Source of the DNA: an uncultured Bdellovibrio sp.
GTDB lineage: Bacteria > Bdellovibrionota > Bdellovibrionia > Bdellovibrionales > Bdellovibrionaceae
NCBI GenBank assembly: GCA_963932905.1
Contig: CAWVRN010000004.1
Span: 144,384-208,383 of the forward strand
Reading direction: 5' to 3'
Length of the DNA: 64,000 bases
A program made the position numbers and the translations under genes. Of this stretch, positions 51,658-62,620 are shown in pieces; the stretch's first letter is position 1; each line of letters opens with the position of its first letter. The notes under the pieces are model-generated. The model was not told the origin of the DNA, searched no databases, and saw only the letters and a list, made by a program, of their open reading frames with translations.

Positions 51658-53274
51658 CTAATAACCGCTTTCTTTTACTATTTCAGAATTCTTAGCAATG
51701 GGGAATAGTTTCAAATATCTACCTCCATTTTGATTTTTCAAAAATTCTAACTGTTGATAAATTAATTTCGGCGGCGGTGAAAATTTATAAGTGTCCTTAA
51801 ACCGAGCGACAAATTCGTAAATGGGCTTCTCGAAACCTCTCTTAGTGAATTCCAAAATCAATATCGTCCGAACCAACGATGGCTTAATATCTGGATCGAT
51901 CGGCAAACCGGCCTTACTCAATACGGCTTTCAAGGGCTCAAAACTAGAGACTTGGTATGCCACGTAAGCAATAGGGTTCATCCAAAAAGATTCTTTTAAC
52001 TTTCGTTTATCTTTCTCCGTCCATTCAAACACTTTATCAAAGATCAGATCGTGAACTCTTACCTGTTCTGTTTTCGAAAAATCTCGATATTCTGCAAGCA
52101 AATCAAAACGTGGATCCACATCAATATCACCGGGTGCAAACGCTATAGTAGTATCATCACTAATAGTTATTCTTTGAAGAAAATTTCTATTTTCTTTACT
52201 TAAAAAAGAATTTGAAAAATAGGGAACGGGAGCCAATCTGTCTTTTCCTAGAGCTAATTTTTTGGCCGCTAAATCGAAGGCCATCGCCACCAACTCAGAG
52301 CAAAAAATACGACTATGATCTGTTAAATTCATAGAAAAATCATACTTAATTTTAACTTTTCCATTTTTGGATAACCTTTTGATGTATTTATACGTTTCTT
52401 CCGCCGCTACGTGTGCGATCTTAGCGTCATCAAAACGATAAATCGAAATTCTGGGCAAAGAATGATCTAGAGCATGCACGAGAGGTCTTATTATAACCCC
52501 CTTGTCAATCAACGACTCTAGAATAAATTTTTGTTTAGTGGTTGGATCGACATAGACAATCGCCACATGGGAAAATTGTGTTACAGAGTCCGTGATTCGC
52601 GCAATAGCGGCGCTAATTGAACTAGCTCCTCTAAATAAAAGGATATCGCCAGACTGAAATGAATTAAAATCAAAAGCTCTTCCACCCTGAAATCCACGGG
52701 TTGTTAACAAGCTTAATCTAGATTTTAAATCCGCAGATTGAGGCGAGGAATTTAGCAAGTTGGAAACTGCAATGAAATCAGCGCCGTGCTTTGCTGATGA
52801 CCCACTCGAAGTTGTCTGTTTCATCAGCATCGATTCGGCAATAACATCTTCAAGGTAACGACCAGCACGCATTAGGTTTCTTACAGAGGCTACAACCTCA
52901 GGACCATTTTTTAAATTCTTAAGCGCTTCTTCTCGGTTCCAAACAGTCACAACTTTTCTAAGCCATCGCCTTAATTCGAACGATTTCTGAATAATGGGCA
53001 GGCCTTGCGATTTTGTATCATCAATACTGTATACAGAACTATTAATATTGTATAAAAATTTATACATTCGATCTATTTCAGTTTTGACTTGCAAAAGAAT
53101 GCCTTCGTCAACATGTGGAGATTCCGCGGCTATGGTAACCAATTTATTGACATCCTTTTGGGCACTGTTTAGATCTTCAAACAAATTGCGCTTGCCGGTT
53201 GCATTTGAAAACTGAGTCGTTCCAATAATCGATAAAACTAGAACTAGCGAGCCGATCCTATTTACAATTCTCAT
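51658..53274 (-). CDS. secreted permuted papain-like amidase (YiiX/YebB-like NlpC/P60)
   Basis: SGDILLFRG, FSHVAIV, YDF and IFCSELV. Confidence 0.85.
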   Translation of the reverse strand: MRIVNRIGSLVLVLSIIGTTQFSNATGKRNLFEDLNSAQKDVNKLVTIAAESPHVDEGILLQVKTEIDRMYKFLYNINSSVYSIDDTKSQGLPIIQKSFELRRWLRKVVTVWNREEALKNLKNGPEVVASVRNLMRAGRYLEDVIAESMLMKQTTSSGSSAKHGADFIAVSNLLNSSPQSADLKSRLSLLTTRGFQGGRAFDFNSFQSGDILLFRGASSISAAIARITDSVTQFSHVAIVYVDPTTKQKFILESLIDKGVIIRPLVHALDHSLPRISIYRFDDAKIAHVAAEETYKYIKRLSKNGKVKIKYDFSMNLTDHSRIFCSELVAMAFDLAAKKLALGKDRLAPVPYFSNSFLSKENRNFLQRITISDDTTIAFAPGDIDVDPRFDLLAEYRDFSKTEQVRVHDLIFDKVFEWTEKDKRKLKESFWMNPIAYVAYQVSSFEPLKAVLSKAGLPIDPDIKPSLVRTILILEFTKRGFEKPIYEFVARFKDTYKFSPPPKLIYQQLEFLKNQNGGRYLKLFPIAKNSEIVKESGY

Positions 53275-53482
53275 ACATTACCTCTGCTGCCGCTTTGGAT
53301 ATCCAAAGATCGGACGGGACAGAATATACAAAAATTCTCGCGAAGTTTCCACCGTAGAAAATTAGACACTTGTTCCAAAAAACGGCTCTTTTTAGGCCCC
53401 TCTCACCTAGCCATCTCTGGTTTGTTGATCCTGAAGAAATGTAAATGGTGCCGCCTAAGCGACACCATTTTATTAGGAACGT

Positions 53483-53887
53483 CTAATTTACTTTACAAAT
53501 AATATCGACCTGGTTTGCCGTACTTCTTAAATCCGGCAATTGCACACTGCTATTTACTAGTTTGTTTTCAGCGTACGTCGAAAAATGGATTCCCAGTTTT
53601 TTGTCCAACGTGACAATGCTCACTAACAATCCGGTTGATCGACTTGATCGGGCTTGGCCAATACGAGCCACTGCATAAGTTTGAATTCTTCCGTCTAGAG
53701 TTTCGAAATTCAACTTAGCATCATACTGCTGAATTGTCCCTGATACTGGCTCCCACTTATCCGTTTTTTTTACGACCGTTTTGAAATTCGATTCGTGGTT
53801 CCAAGAACTGGTTGCACCGCACTCAAATACGGGCGTTGCTGCGTAAGTCAAAGTCCCCGCGATACACAAAAATACAAATAGCTTCAT
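53483..53887 (-). CDS. small secreted hypothetical protein
   Basis: GGAGG RBS, signal peptide, terminal Cys pair; divergent from LysR. Confidence 0.7.
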   Translation of the reverse strand: MKLFVFLCIAGTLTYAATPVFECGATSSWNHESNFKTVVKKTDKWEPVSGTIQQYDAKLNFETLDGRIQTYAVARIGQARSSRSTGLLVSIVTLDKKLGIHFSTYAENKLVNSSVQLPDLRSTANQVDIICKVN

Positions 53888-53951
53888 AAATCCTCCGTAG
53901 TTATTTCAAGGGAATGTAGTTGACCTTGATCTATAAGTAAAACTAGTGTTT

Positions 53952-53970
53952 ACCTATACCTAGTATAGGT
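53952..53970. promoter_or_regulatory. LysR-type operator palindrome
   Basis: ACCTATAC-CTA-GTATAGGT containing T-N11-A, 9 bp upstream of the LysR ATG. Confidence 0.6.
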
Positions 53971-53978
53971 GATTACTT

Positions 53979-54812
53979 ATGAAAATTCGGCTTAGTGATA
54001 TAACAAATTTTATTGAATTGGCGTCTCATAAGACAATAGTGGCCGCTGCTGCTAATCTAGAAATAACTCAACCGGCTTTGTCAGAAAGCTTGAAAAGACT
54101 TGAGTCTGATATTGGGTACTCTTTATTTTACAGAACTAAAAATGGGATACAGTTGACCCCGTATGGTCGTATTTTTTTACTAAAGGCCAAGGCTTTTAGC
54201 ATTTCGTATGACAATCTAAATCCATTAAAAAACCAGGAGTCTGAGTTCTTTAATCAGACCATAACAATTGGGTGCCATCAGACCGTTGCTCAATACACAC
54301 TCCCTAGCGCATTGGTCTATTTAAAAAAAGTGGCACCTGATTACAAAATCAAATTAGTTCATGGTCTTTCAAGAGACATTCAAGACCAAATTCAACGTGG
54401 ACAAATCGACATCGGAATCATAGTAAATGCCAATCAAGTTCCTGATCTTGTAATTAGTAAACTAGGAACAGACACCGTGGCGGTTTTCTCATCCGAACAT
54501 TATAAGTCTAATGATACGGTTATATGCAATCCAGACCTTTTTCAAACGCAATCAATTTTAAAAAAGTGGAAAGACAAACCTTCAAAAACAATCCACACTG
54601 ATGACCTGATGTTGATTTGTTTGCTTGCATCTCAAAATTTAGGATATGCAATTTTACCCAGTCGTGCCATTCAATTTTCAAATTTTAAATTAAAACAGCT
54701 TACAAATACTCCTATCTATAAAGATGAAATTTCATTGGTGTATCGACCTGAATTCGGTAAACAAAAAGCTGAAAAACTTGTTATTGAGTCCATTAGAAAG
54801 ACATTTAAGTGA
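53979..54812 (+). CDS. LysR-family regulator
   Basis: AAANLEITQPALSESLKRLE HTH. Confidence 0.92.
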   Translation: MKIRLSDITNFIELASHKTIVAAAANLEITQPALSESLKRLESDIGYSLFYRTKNGIQLTPYGRIFLLKAKAFSISYDNLNPLKNQESEFFNQTITIGCHQTVAQYTLPSALVYLKKVAPDYKIKLVHGLSRDIQDQIQRGQIDIGIIVNANQVPDLVISKLGTDTVAVFSSEHYKSNDTVICNPDLFQTQSILKKWKDKPSKTIHTDDLMLICLLASQNLGYAILPSRAIQFSNFKLKQLTNTPIYKDEISLVYRPEFGKQKAEKLVIESIRKTFK

Positions 54813-54992
54813 ATCTTTTGTCACTTCCAAGATTTGTTTTCAAAACCTCGAGTGCAAATCGTACGAACTGAAAACAGTGACGCCTAAAAATGGAATAATC
54901 TCGTTTTTTTGATCTATAAAGTAATATGGAGGACTTGATCCCATATTTTCAGGCATCTTTTTTGAACACCTGTCAAACCTTCGAGGTGCAAC

Positions 54993-57017
54993 GTGAATAG
55001 AACCCGCTTATGGATGTCTAAAGTCTTTTTATTTTTGATTACTACGCTAATAGGGACGACACTTCAGGCAAAACCATTGGATTTGGATTACAAAGGATTG
55101 CCAAATGCTAAGCAAGTAGACTTAAAAGTCGACACTTTAAAAAACAACGAAGCTATTTTAATTACGGTTCGATCTGAATCGGTTGTTTTCGAAGATTGGG
55201 CCAAGCCTCTATGCGATGAAGCACGAGACATGCTGAACCGTATTTTGAAAAATCCGACTCAAGCTCATTGTTATCGTTTTTCTGAACCAGTTGATATAGT
55301 AAAATTCGTGTCTCAGAAAAAACGAGAGATGTATTTAGGTCTACATTTAGATATCGAAAAAAATATCCAAGGCGGCCTGATATTGAACATGTCTGATTTA
55401 CGACGATCTGATCCGTTGATACGCGCTGTTGTTGGTTGGAAAGTTCACCATGGCGACTTAAAATCCTTAGATGAAAAAATCGCAGGCTCACTAGCGATGT
55501 TTGAAAAAATGGATTGGGTTAAATCTGCATTACTTGACCTAGTGATTGAAGAAGAATACAAAGGCATCAGTACCGAGTACCTTAAAACAATGTCTGATTC
55601 TGAAAAGCTGTCTCGACTGAAAAAGAACCCTCGTTTTTCACAAGATACAGCCAGGTTCATGACAGCCATGACCCAAATGATCGCTGCGCTCGGTATCGGT
55701 TGGTACGGCTATCATAATTTGTCTGATAATACGAAAGACTATGACTATGACAACTTCAAAACAACTCTAAAAAACAAAATCCGCTTTGGCAGTATGGCCC
55801 GTTATGATGATAACGGGTTTGGCACTAACTATACCCATACTTATGCAGGGGTTGGTTACTATCTAATTTGCCGTGGCAACGGGTTTACGGCTTTACAAAG
55901 CTATTTATGCGCTACAGCGGGTTCACTAGCATGGGAAGCTGTAATCGAGTGGCGCGAAGTTTTTTCGATAAACGATCAAATTTTTACCGCTCACGGCGGC
56001 GCTATTCTAGGTGAAGCCATTTACCAAACTGGAATATACTTATTTTCCCATGGCCCCAGTTGGTTAAAAGGATCTTTAGGTTGGGCATGGCGAGGCCCTG
56101 CCGAGTTTTCAGACTGGATGAGCGGTCGTTTTTTTGACGGCAAACCTAGAGTCAGTGTTAAACAAGACGTGACGGGACACTTTAATATCGAAGTCGGCTT
56201 CATGCGAACAAAAAAACGCGGCACTGAAAAGTCCATTGCTTTGGACACCGAAGTTGTGCGGATTCCTTTTCATGAACAACCTGGTGAAATGTCTGATTTC
56301 CTGTTGGATGTTGTGCAAACAGATTTCCGCTTTAGCGCACCACTATCTGCCGACTTCATGGATCAGCAAAAGATTTTCTCAAAGGTCGTTTTTGCCGCTT
56401 ACCATCACAAGCGACTGACTTTGGATGCCAACGAGAAATTACGTGGTTATTCATTGTATGTCGGTCCTTCCGCAGCTTTGGAGATCGTTAACGATAAAAA
56501 TTTTCACGATGACTTCTATGCCATCACTCATATAGTAGGCGGATCGCTACGTATGGAAAGTTTTTTCAGTGGCATTAAAGTGACGACGACGTTTGATGCT
56601 TGGGGTGATGCCATTATGATGAAATCAATGGCGATTGAAAGCTATAAAAAAGATAATCCAAATACGGAGTTAATCAATATTCTACAAAATAATGATTACT
56701 ACTATGGCTGGGGTTCCACAACACGTGGTCAAATAATCGTAGAATTCGGTCATGCCTGGAATGTCGGAGCTGAAATTCGCAAAACCATCGGTAATGGGAC
56801 TAACGAAAGACAGAAAGTTACGAATCCGAATGCGGTAGCTCTAAGTTTAAAAGACGAAGTTCTAGATTTTGGTGTATTTATAGAAAAGGCCATTACACCG
56901 ACGTTGAAGGTGAAGCTGGCCACAAATCGTTACAAACGTCAGGGACGTATTGGTGGCTACGGTCAACAGACTGTTTCTGAAAGACGAACGCAGGTTTCCA
57001 TGATTTATCATTTTTAG
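54993..57017 (+). CDS. DUF3943-like exported/outer-membrane protein
   Basis: DDN.F.TNY.H.YAG..YY...R.NGF...S.....GSLAWE...SIND...T..GG.ILGE; C-terminal YHF. Confidence 0.7.
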   Translation: MNRTRLWMSKVFLFLITTLIGTTLQAKPLDLDYKGLPNAKQVDLKVDTLKNNEAILITVRSESVVFEDWAKPLCDEARDMLNRILKNPTQAHCYRFSEPVDIVKFVSQKKREMYLGLHLDIEKNIQGGLILNMSDLRRSDPLIRAVVGWKVHHGDLKSLDEKIAGSLAMFEKMDWVKSALLDLVIEEEYKGISTEYLKTMSDSEKLSRLKKNPRFSQDTARFMTAMTQMIAALGIGWYGYHNLSDNTKDYDYDNFKTTLKNKIRFGSMARYDDNGFGTNYTHTYAGVGYYLICRGNGFTALQSYLCATAGSLAWEAVIEWREVFSINDQIFTAHGGAILGEAIYQTGIYLFSHGPSWLKGSLGWAWRGPAEFSDWMSGRFFDGKPRVSVKQDVTGHFNIEVGFMRTKKRGTEKSIALDTEVVRIPFHEQPGEMSDFLLDVVQTDFRFSAPLSADFMDQQKIFSKVVFAAYHHKRLTLDANEKLRGYSLYVGPSAALEIVNDKNFHDDFYAITHIVGGSLRMESFFSGIKVTTTFDAWGDAIMMKSMAIESYKKDNPNTELINILQNNDYYYGWGSTTRGQIIVEFGHAWNVGAEIRKTIGNGTNERQKVTNPNAVALSLKDEVLDFGVFIEKAITPTLKVKLATNRYKRQGRIGGYGQQTVSERRTQVSMIYHF

Positions 57018-57097
57018 AAAAATCTAGTTTACCTTCAAGCGCCCGTGAGTTTGTTTGGATCTACCTCAACAAAGGCGGATCCAATCAAAAACTAGTG

Positions 57098-60000
57098 TTA
57101 TTTGATATTAGCGCCAGTTGCCGAGTTATGAAGCCTTCCATTTCGTCCCCAAAATAGAACTGACTGATCTTCTCTAATGACGGCATAATCATTCGCTGAT
57201 GAAACAACTTGTTTGACTGGAATGACACCATTCAATGAATTTGCAAAAATTGATGAGTCACCACCATCAGCGTAACTACCCCAAGTGACAATGGATCCAT
57301 CTGTCTTAGTAATGCAAAAGCTAAAAGTATTGTAATTGACGGCAGCGATTGTCGATGAATCGTTTAATTCCGAAATAACCGCGGATGCGTTTCCGCCATA
57401 GGTAGAATTTCCCCATACAACAAGTGAACCAGTTGTTGGGACAGCAATATAAGCAGAACCGTTTGCGTAGACGTCTTTGATCTTATTAACTCCATTTAGT
57501 TGACTAGCGATTGATGAGGAATCTCCACCGCTAGATGCATTTCCCCAAGTCACAACTGAGCCATCTTCTCTGAGAGCAGCGAATGCGGACATAACTGCGG
57601 CCCAGTTACCTTTGTTTTGAGACGGAATTATTTTAGTTACCTTGTTAGCTCCATTGATGGCCGCAGCGACTGTAGTGGAGTTTCCACCATTTGCAGAACT
57701 ACCCCAAGTGACGACTGAACCATCAGCCCTAAGGGCCGCATAGGCTCCTCCATTTCCAATGACTTCGCTGACGGGATTCGTTCCATTAATAGAACTAGCG
57801 ACAGTCGAAGAGTTTCCTCCAACTGTGGAGCTTCCCCAAGTGATAACTGATCCATCAGTTCTGAGAGCCGCAAAAGCTCCTAACATAGAAAAACTATTCC
57901 AAGCTGAATTGGAAATAATTTTGATTACAGGAATTGTTCCATTCAAGTTAGCTGAAACCGTGCTTGAGTTTCCTCCATTAGAATTTAATCCCCAAGTTAT
58001 TACTGATCCATCAACTCTCAGAGCCGCATAAGCTTTAGGAGTTGCATATATTTCTTTTACATCGATGGTTCCATTGATTGCGGAAGCCACGCCCGACGAA
58101 CTTCCACCATTGCTTGAATTACCCCATGTGACAACAGATCCATCGAATCTCAAGGCGGCAAAGGAATAGTTATTAGAGAATATTTTTATCACTTTTGTGG
58201 ACCCATCCAGACTAGAACTCACCAAGCTAGAATCTCCACCATTCGCTGGGTCTCCCCAGGTGATCACCGAGCCATCAGATCTGAGAGCCGCAAATGCGTA
58301 ATCAGAAGAAAAAATTTGAGTCACGGGAATATTGCCATCTAAAGCCGGCAAGGAAGTTCCAATATTAAGAGACATTGTTATTTCGCCCCAACCAACTACT
58401 GAGCCATTTGATCTCAAAGCGGCAAATCCAAATTCGTTTTTATAAATATCTATGACCGGAATTGAACCATTTAACACATCTGAATAGCTATTTGAATTCC
58501 CACCAGAATCGTAAGCATTCATATCTGAAGCATATCCCCAGGTGGTAACGGAGCCATCTTCGTTGAGGGCAGCATATGAGTTATTATTAGCTATAACTTT
58601 TTTTACTTTCTTAGATTTTGAATTTAAAGACTTGATCACTGAATCACTATGACCACCTGTGAAGTCCAACCCCCAAGTTTTTACTGACCCGTCAGACAAG
58701 ATGGCCGCAAACGAGTATTCATTGGCCACAATAGATGTTACTGGAATAGCGCCATTTAAAATTGAATTGATATTTTGATTAAAATAATCAGTGGTGTAAC
58801 TACCCCAAGTGACAACACTGCCATTGGTGCGAATTGCCGCATATCCAAAAAGACCCGAAGTGATGTTAACCACATCTATAGATCCGTCTAATAAATTAGC
58901 TACAGCGCTGGTGTCGCCACCATAGGGACCAGAACCCCAAGTAATCACCGAACCATCATTTCTGATGGCGGCGTATGAATATTCATTTCCCACAATCTTA
59001 ACCACCGGCACGCTGCCATTTATTGAACTGGCAACGGCTGAAGAATCGCCACCGACCCCACCCCAAGTAATTACAGAACCATTATTTCTAATCGCGGCGT
59101 ATGAATATCTATTTGTTACGATATCAATTACTGGAATAGTGCCATTTAAGTTCGATGATACAGAAGATGAATCGCCACCATACCCCGAATCACCCCATGT
59201 GACGACTACTCCGTCCGAGCGGAGAGCTGCAAAAGAGTATGGATTGCTGAAAATTTTAGTAACGGAAACAGTTCCATTGATTGAACTTGCAATCGAAGCC
59301 GTATTTCCACCTTGAGTTGAGCTTCCCCAAGCAATGACAGAGCCATCATTTCTGAGAGCGGCAAATGCGTTTTCGGTACTATAAATTTTAACCACAGGTA
59401 CTGAGCCATTGATTGATCCGGCAACAGATGAAGAGTCACCACCAGAAAACATATTTCCCCAAGTTATAACAGATCCATTTGATCGGAGTGCTGCAAAACA
59501 ATATCTAGTCATTTGTATATCAACTACAGGGATAGAACCATTCATATTACTAAGGGCGGTTGCATCGGCATTATATGCTGAATCACCCCAAGTGATGACT
59601 GAACCGTCGGATCTGAGTGCTGCAAAATTATTATCCGTATTAAAAATTTTAGTTACAGGCAGGCTTCCATTGATAGAGCTAGCTACACTGCTGGAGTTAC
59701 CACCATTGGCGCTGCTTCCCCAGGTAATAACAGAGCCGTCAGATCTGAGTGCTGCGTAGGCAAATTGATTAGGGTAAATTTTAACTACAGGTATAGTTCC
59801 GTTTATGGAGCTAGCGACTGAACTGGAATCTCCACCGTAAGAAGAGCTTCCCCAAGTAATGACAGATCCATCAGACCTTAACGCCGCGAAAGAGCTTTGA
59901 TTTGAATAAAGCGATATTACCGGTTTAGCAGAGTCTATTAGAGCTGAAGCGACCTGAGATGAATCTCCTCCAGAATCAAAATCTCCCCAAGAAACAACAG

Positions 60001-60784
60001 TCCCATCCGCCTTTAAAGCGGCATAGGCTTTTGCTGTTTGTTTTATTGAAACTACGGGAGACTTTCCAAGATAGATATAGGCTTTTGACGAATTAACACA
60101 AAGTGAATTTCCAAAGCCATCGGTACCTAAAGCTGAAAAGAAGTAGGTTCCTTTTTTTGTTAAAAGATTACTAGATTTAGAAATAAAAGATAAATTTTTA
60201 AATTCACTACTGTCATCACTAGAATTGATTTCTTGAACAACGTCGCCTTGGCAATTTTGTTCAGAATAGACAACGATATTTTCTGATGAATTTAATTTGG
60301 GAACCGAGAAAATTGGCTGAGGGTCGGAGTGAAGTGGATTTAAGGACTCAACCGATAGTTTAAACGATCTCATCTTAAATCTTAAATTAATAATAATTGG
60401 CGTGGTGATACAGGTCCCCGCTGTTTTCTTCCCCGCGTAATATTTCAAAAACAGCCTGTGCTCTTTTTCCTCTTTTGGAAGTGTGAACTGCAAACTAATT
60501 TCAGATGAGCTAGAGTTGTTCTTCTCAGTTACTTTGCTGTCGAGACAAGTCTCCCTTGAATAAAGCTCCACTTTAGAAACATTTTTCAAATCACCAGTGA
60601 ATTTAAGCTCGATGTTTTCCGAGTTCAACTTTAACTGATCACCTAAACCGCCGGTTACAGAGTTTGCAACGATGTTTGAAAAAGCAAGTTGGTATTCAAT
60701 GCTGGAAGTAGTTTTGATCATACATGATGATTGAATAATAAATAAAATAAAACATGAAATTTTATTAAATGAATTCACCGGCAA
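57098..60784 (-). CDS. RCC1-like tandem-repeat surface lipoprotein
   Basis: About 22 copies of FAALRxDGSVxTWG in roughly 44-aa units; QSSC lipobox-like signal. Confidence 0.85.
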   Translation of the reverse strand: MPVNSFNKISCFILFIIQSSCMIKTTSSIEYQLAFSNIVANSVTGGLGDQLKLNSENIELKFTGDLKNVSKVELYSRETCLDSKVTEKNNSSSSEISLQFTLPKEEKEHRLFLKYYAGKKTAGTCITTPIIINLRFKMRSFKLSVESLNPLHSDPQPIFSVPKLNSSENIVVYSEQNCQGDVVQEINSSDDSSEFKNLSFISKSSNLLTKKGTYFFSALGTDGFGNSLCVNSSKAYIYLGKSPVVSIKQTAKAYAALKADGTVVSWGDFDSGGDSSQVASALIDSAKPVISLYSNQSSFAALRSDGSVITWGSSSYGGDSSSVASSINGTIPVVKIYPNQFAYAALRSDGSVITWGSSANGGNSSSVASSINGSLPVTKIFNTDNNFAALRSDGSVITWGDSAYNADATALSNMNGSIPVVDIQMTRYCFAALRSNGSVITWGNMFSGGDSSSVAGSINGSVPVVKIYSTENAFAALRNDGSVIAWGSSTQGGNTASIASSINGTVSVTKIFSNPYSFAALRSDGVVVTWGDSGYGGDSSSVSSNLNGTIPVIDIVTNRYSYAAIRNNGSVITWGGVGGDSSAVASSINGSVPVVKIVGNEYSYAAIRNDGSVITWGSGPYGGDTSAVANLLDGSIDVVNITSGLFGYAAIRTNGSVVTWGSYTTDYFNQNINSILNGAIPVTSIVANEYSFAAILSDGSVKTWGLDFTGGHSDSVIKSLNSKSKKVKKVIANNNSYAALNEDGSVTTWGYASDMNAYDSGGNSNSYSDVLNGSIPVIDIYKNEFGFAALRSNGSVVGWGEITMSLNIGTSLPALDGNIPVTQIFSSDYAFAALRSDGSVITWGDPANGGDSSLVSSSLDGSTKVIKIFSNNYSFAALRFDGSVVTWGNSSNGGSSSGVASAINGTIDVKEIYATPKAYAALRVDGSVITWGLNSNGGNSSTVSANLNGTIPVIKIISNSAWNSFSMLGAFAALRTDGSVITWGSSTVGGNSSTVASSINGTNPVSEVIGNGGAYAALRADGSVVTWGSSANGGNSTTVAAAINGANKVTKIIPSQNKGNWAAVMSAFAALREDGSVVTWGNASSGGDSSSIASQLNGVNKIKDVYANGSAYIAVPTTGSLVVWGNSTYGGNASAVISELNDSSTIAAVNYNTFSFCITKTDGSIVTWGSYADGGDSSIFANSLNGVIPVKQVVSSANDYAVIREDQSVLFWGRNGRLHNSATGANIK

Positions 60785-61124
60785 TAATTCCTCTATAAAT
60801 TTCCAATCTCTTGGTTTTTTATCGGACTTTTTGACAGATCGCTAAAGAAATTTTAACAAGCACATCCCACTATGAAACAAAACAAAAAGGGGTCCCAAAT
60901 AAAATCATTTTTTTGAGAGTTTAGAAATTACATTTTTTTCACTTAAAAACTACACGAATACAATCAAGATGTCGATTTTTGAGACATTGATAAGAAATTG
61001 AAGATTGAACTCGCTCGCTAACTATTCACAATCAAATAGTTCTTTCCGCGACAGTCGCGGTCAGGAAAGTTCAGTAGACGAAAGTAGCTAAGCAACTAGA
61101 ACGTAGTGATTCTGTTCATACTCT

Positions 61125-62501
61125 TTAATGATTTAAAGCCTTTTCTGCTGCGCAAGAATTTGCATCTAAAGGAATACTACCCTTGGATTTGGGACAATTT
61201 TCTGCCGCAAAATCGACACCCACTGCCTGACTGGCTTCGCTCCAGTCGTAATCCGCAATCCAAGTCCTTAACTTCTCAACGGCCTCACTACAACGATCGT
61301 GGTTCCAAACTCTAGGGCAATTGGAGCTTGAAAGTTGAGAAAGTTTTGATCGATATCGTAATAGTGTTAACAACTCTGCAGGTGATGATGGGTTACAATT
61401 AACAAAGTCAGGAAAATTTTGCACGAATAAAAAACGAGAGTTATAGTCCGCAATCGCGCCTTTGTAACTCATTTGATTTATTAAAACTCTACCCGAATTT
61501 TGTCTAGTGTCGACGGAAGCATTTCGCTGAAAGAAGAATTTTTTTATAGAAACTTCTTGATCATCTAAGGATTGTTTTTCAATTTCCCTACTAAATTCAA
61601 CAATTTCAGAGGAAGAAATTTGTCCAATGCTGACGCTCGGTTTGGAGTCGATAAGAGCTGAAAACCTGTCACATAATCTCTTAGATCTATATGTTCGAGC
61701 CGCGTAAATTTGGGCTCTTTTAATCATCCATGCTGGAATACCTTCTTTTATCGCCATGCACGCCGTAAAGGCAGAAGCGATGGTGTGATAATATTTTGCC
61801 GGAATTGCCTTTCCACCTAAATTTGGAGCTTGGGTAGCAATTACATAATTAGTTACGTCCATATCTAAAGTAAACTCTTTACCTAATGACCCCGGGACAT
61901 ATAGCGATGAAGTCCTATCTGGGCATCTAACTGATGGATTGAATGTTCGCAATTCATCATCATGACCGCAAGAGGAAACAAGGCTGAGAGCTAAATGTTT
62001 ATCTCCTTGGCTCATTTTAACAGCCAACTCCCAAGCATATCCGGGCTTAAGGTGCTTTCGCTCGTTTTGCCCAAGCCTATCGATTATTGCAGGTCGACCT
62101 TGAAGGAGAGACACATCTCCTATCTTTGGATAAATACCTACGTCTTCATCATATTTTTTGATTAAGCTAAAGTACTCTGCTGCAACCCTATTAAAGCAAG
62201 GATTAAGGTTAGAACGCCCCTTAAAATAATTGATATGTCCAGAATTTAAACTGGCATTCCCGATTCCATTTTTAGAAATCCCAAGAAGCCGAAAATAGTC
62301 GGATAGCTTTTCATTAAAAGGCAAATATTTACGAATACTCTCTTCAAGAGAGGCATTTGAAGGGGATCGATCGGATGAATTGACTTTATCTAGTAACACT
62401 TCTGCAATCCGAATCTGTAAAAGAATATCTAACGTAAAATAAGTCGCACCGAGTGCTAAAAAAGCAAATAAAATGAAAGCCCATCTTTTCCTTAATTTCA
62501 C
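61125..62501 (-). CDS. membrane-anchored hypothetical protein
   Basis: N-terminal TM; CGHDD and AKYYH motifs; several Cys. Confidence 0.65.
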   Translation of the reverse strand: MKLRKRWAFILFAFLALGATYFTLDILLQIRIAEVLLDKVNSSDRSPSNASLEESIRKYLPFNEKLSDYFRLLGISKNGIGNASLNSGHINYFKGRSNLNPCFNRVAAEYFSLIKKYDEDVGIYPKIGDVSLLQGRPAIIDRLGQNERKHLKPGYAWELAVKMSQGDKHLALSLVSSCGHDDELRTFNPSVRCPDRTSSLYVPGSLGKEFTLDMDVTNYVIATQAPNLGGKAIPAKYYHTIASAFTACMAIKEGIPAWMIKRAQIYAARTYRSKRLCDRFSALIDSKPSVSIGQISSSEIVEFSREIEKQSLDDQEVSIKKFFFQRNASVDTRQNSGRVLINQMSYKGAIADYNSRFLFVQNFPDFVNCNPSSPAELLTLLRYRSKLSQLSSSNCPRVWNHDRCSEAVEKLRTWIADYDWSEASQAVGVDFAAENCPKSKGSIPLDANSCAAEKALNH

Positions 62502-62620
62502 AATGTCTGATCGAAAATTCTAAACCACAACTTAAGCAGAATTAGTGAGCTCTTCTTAAAATTGGTTTTGAGAAGCAGGACCTTCGTTTGAATCCAAGTT
62601 TCACTGGACCAAAACGTAAA

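Noticed and set aside
57637..59759. Short ORFs inside the RCC1-like gene
   Set aside because: Antisense or frame-shifted shadows of the repeat.
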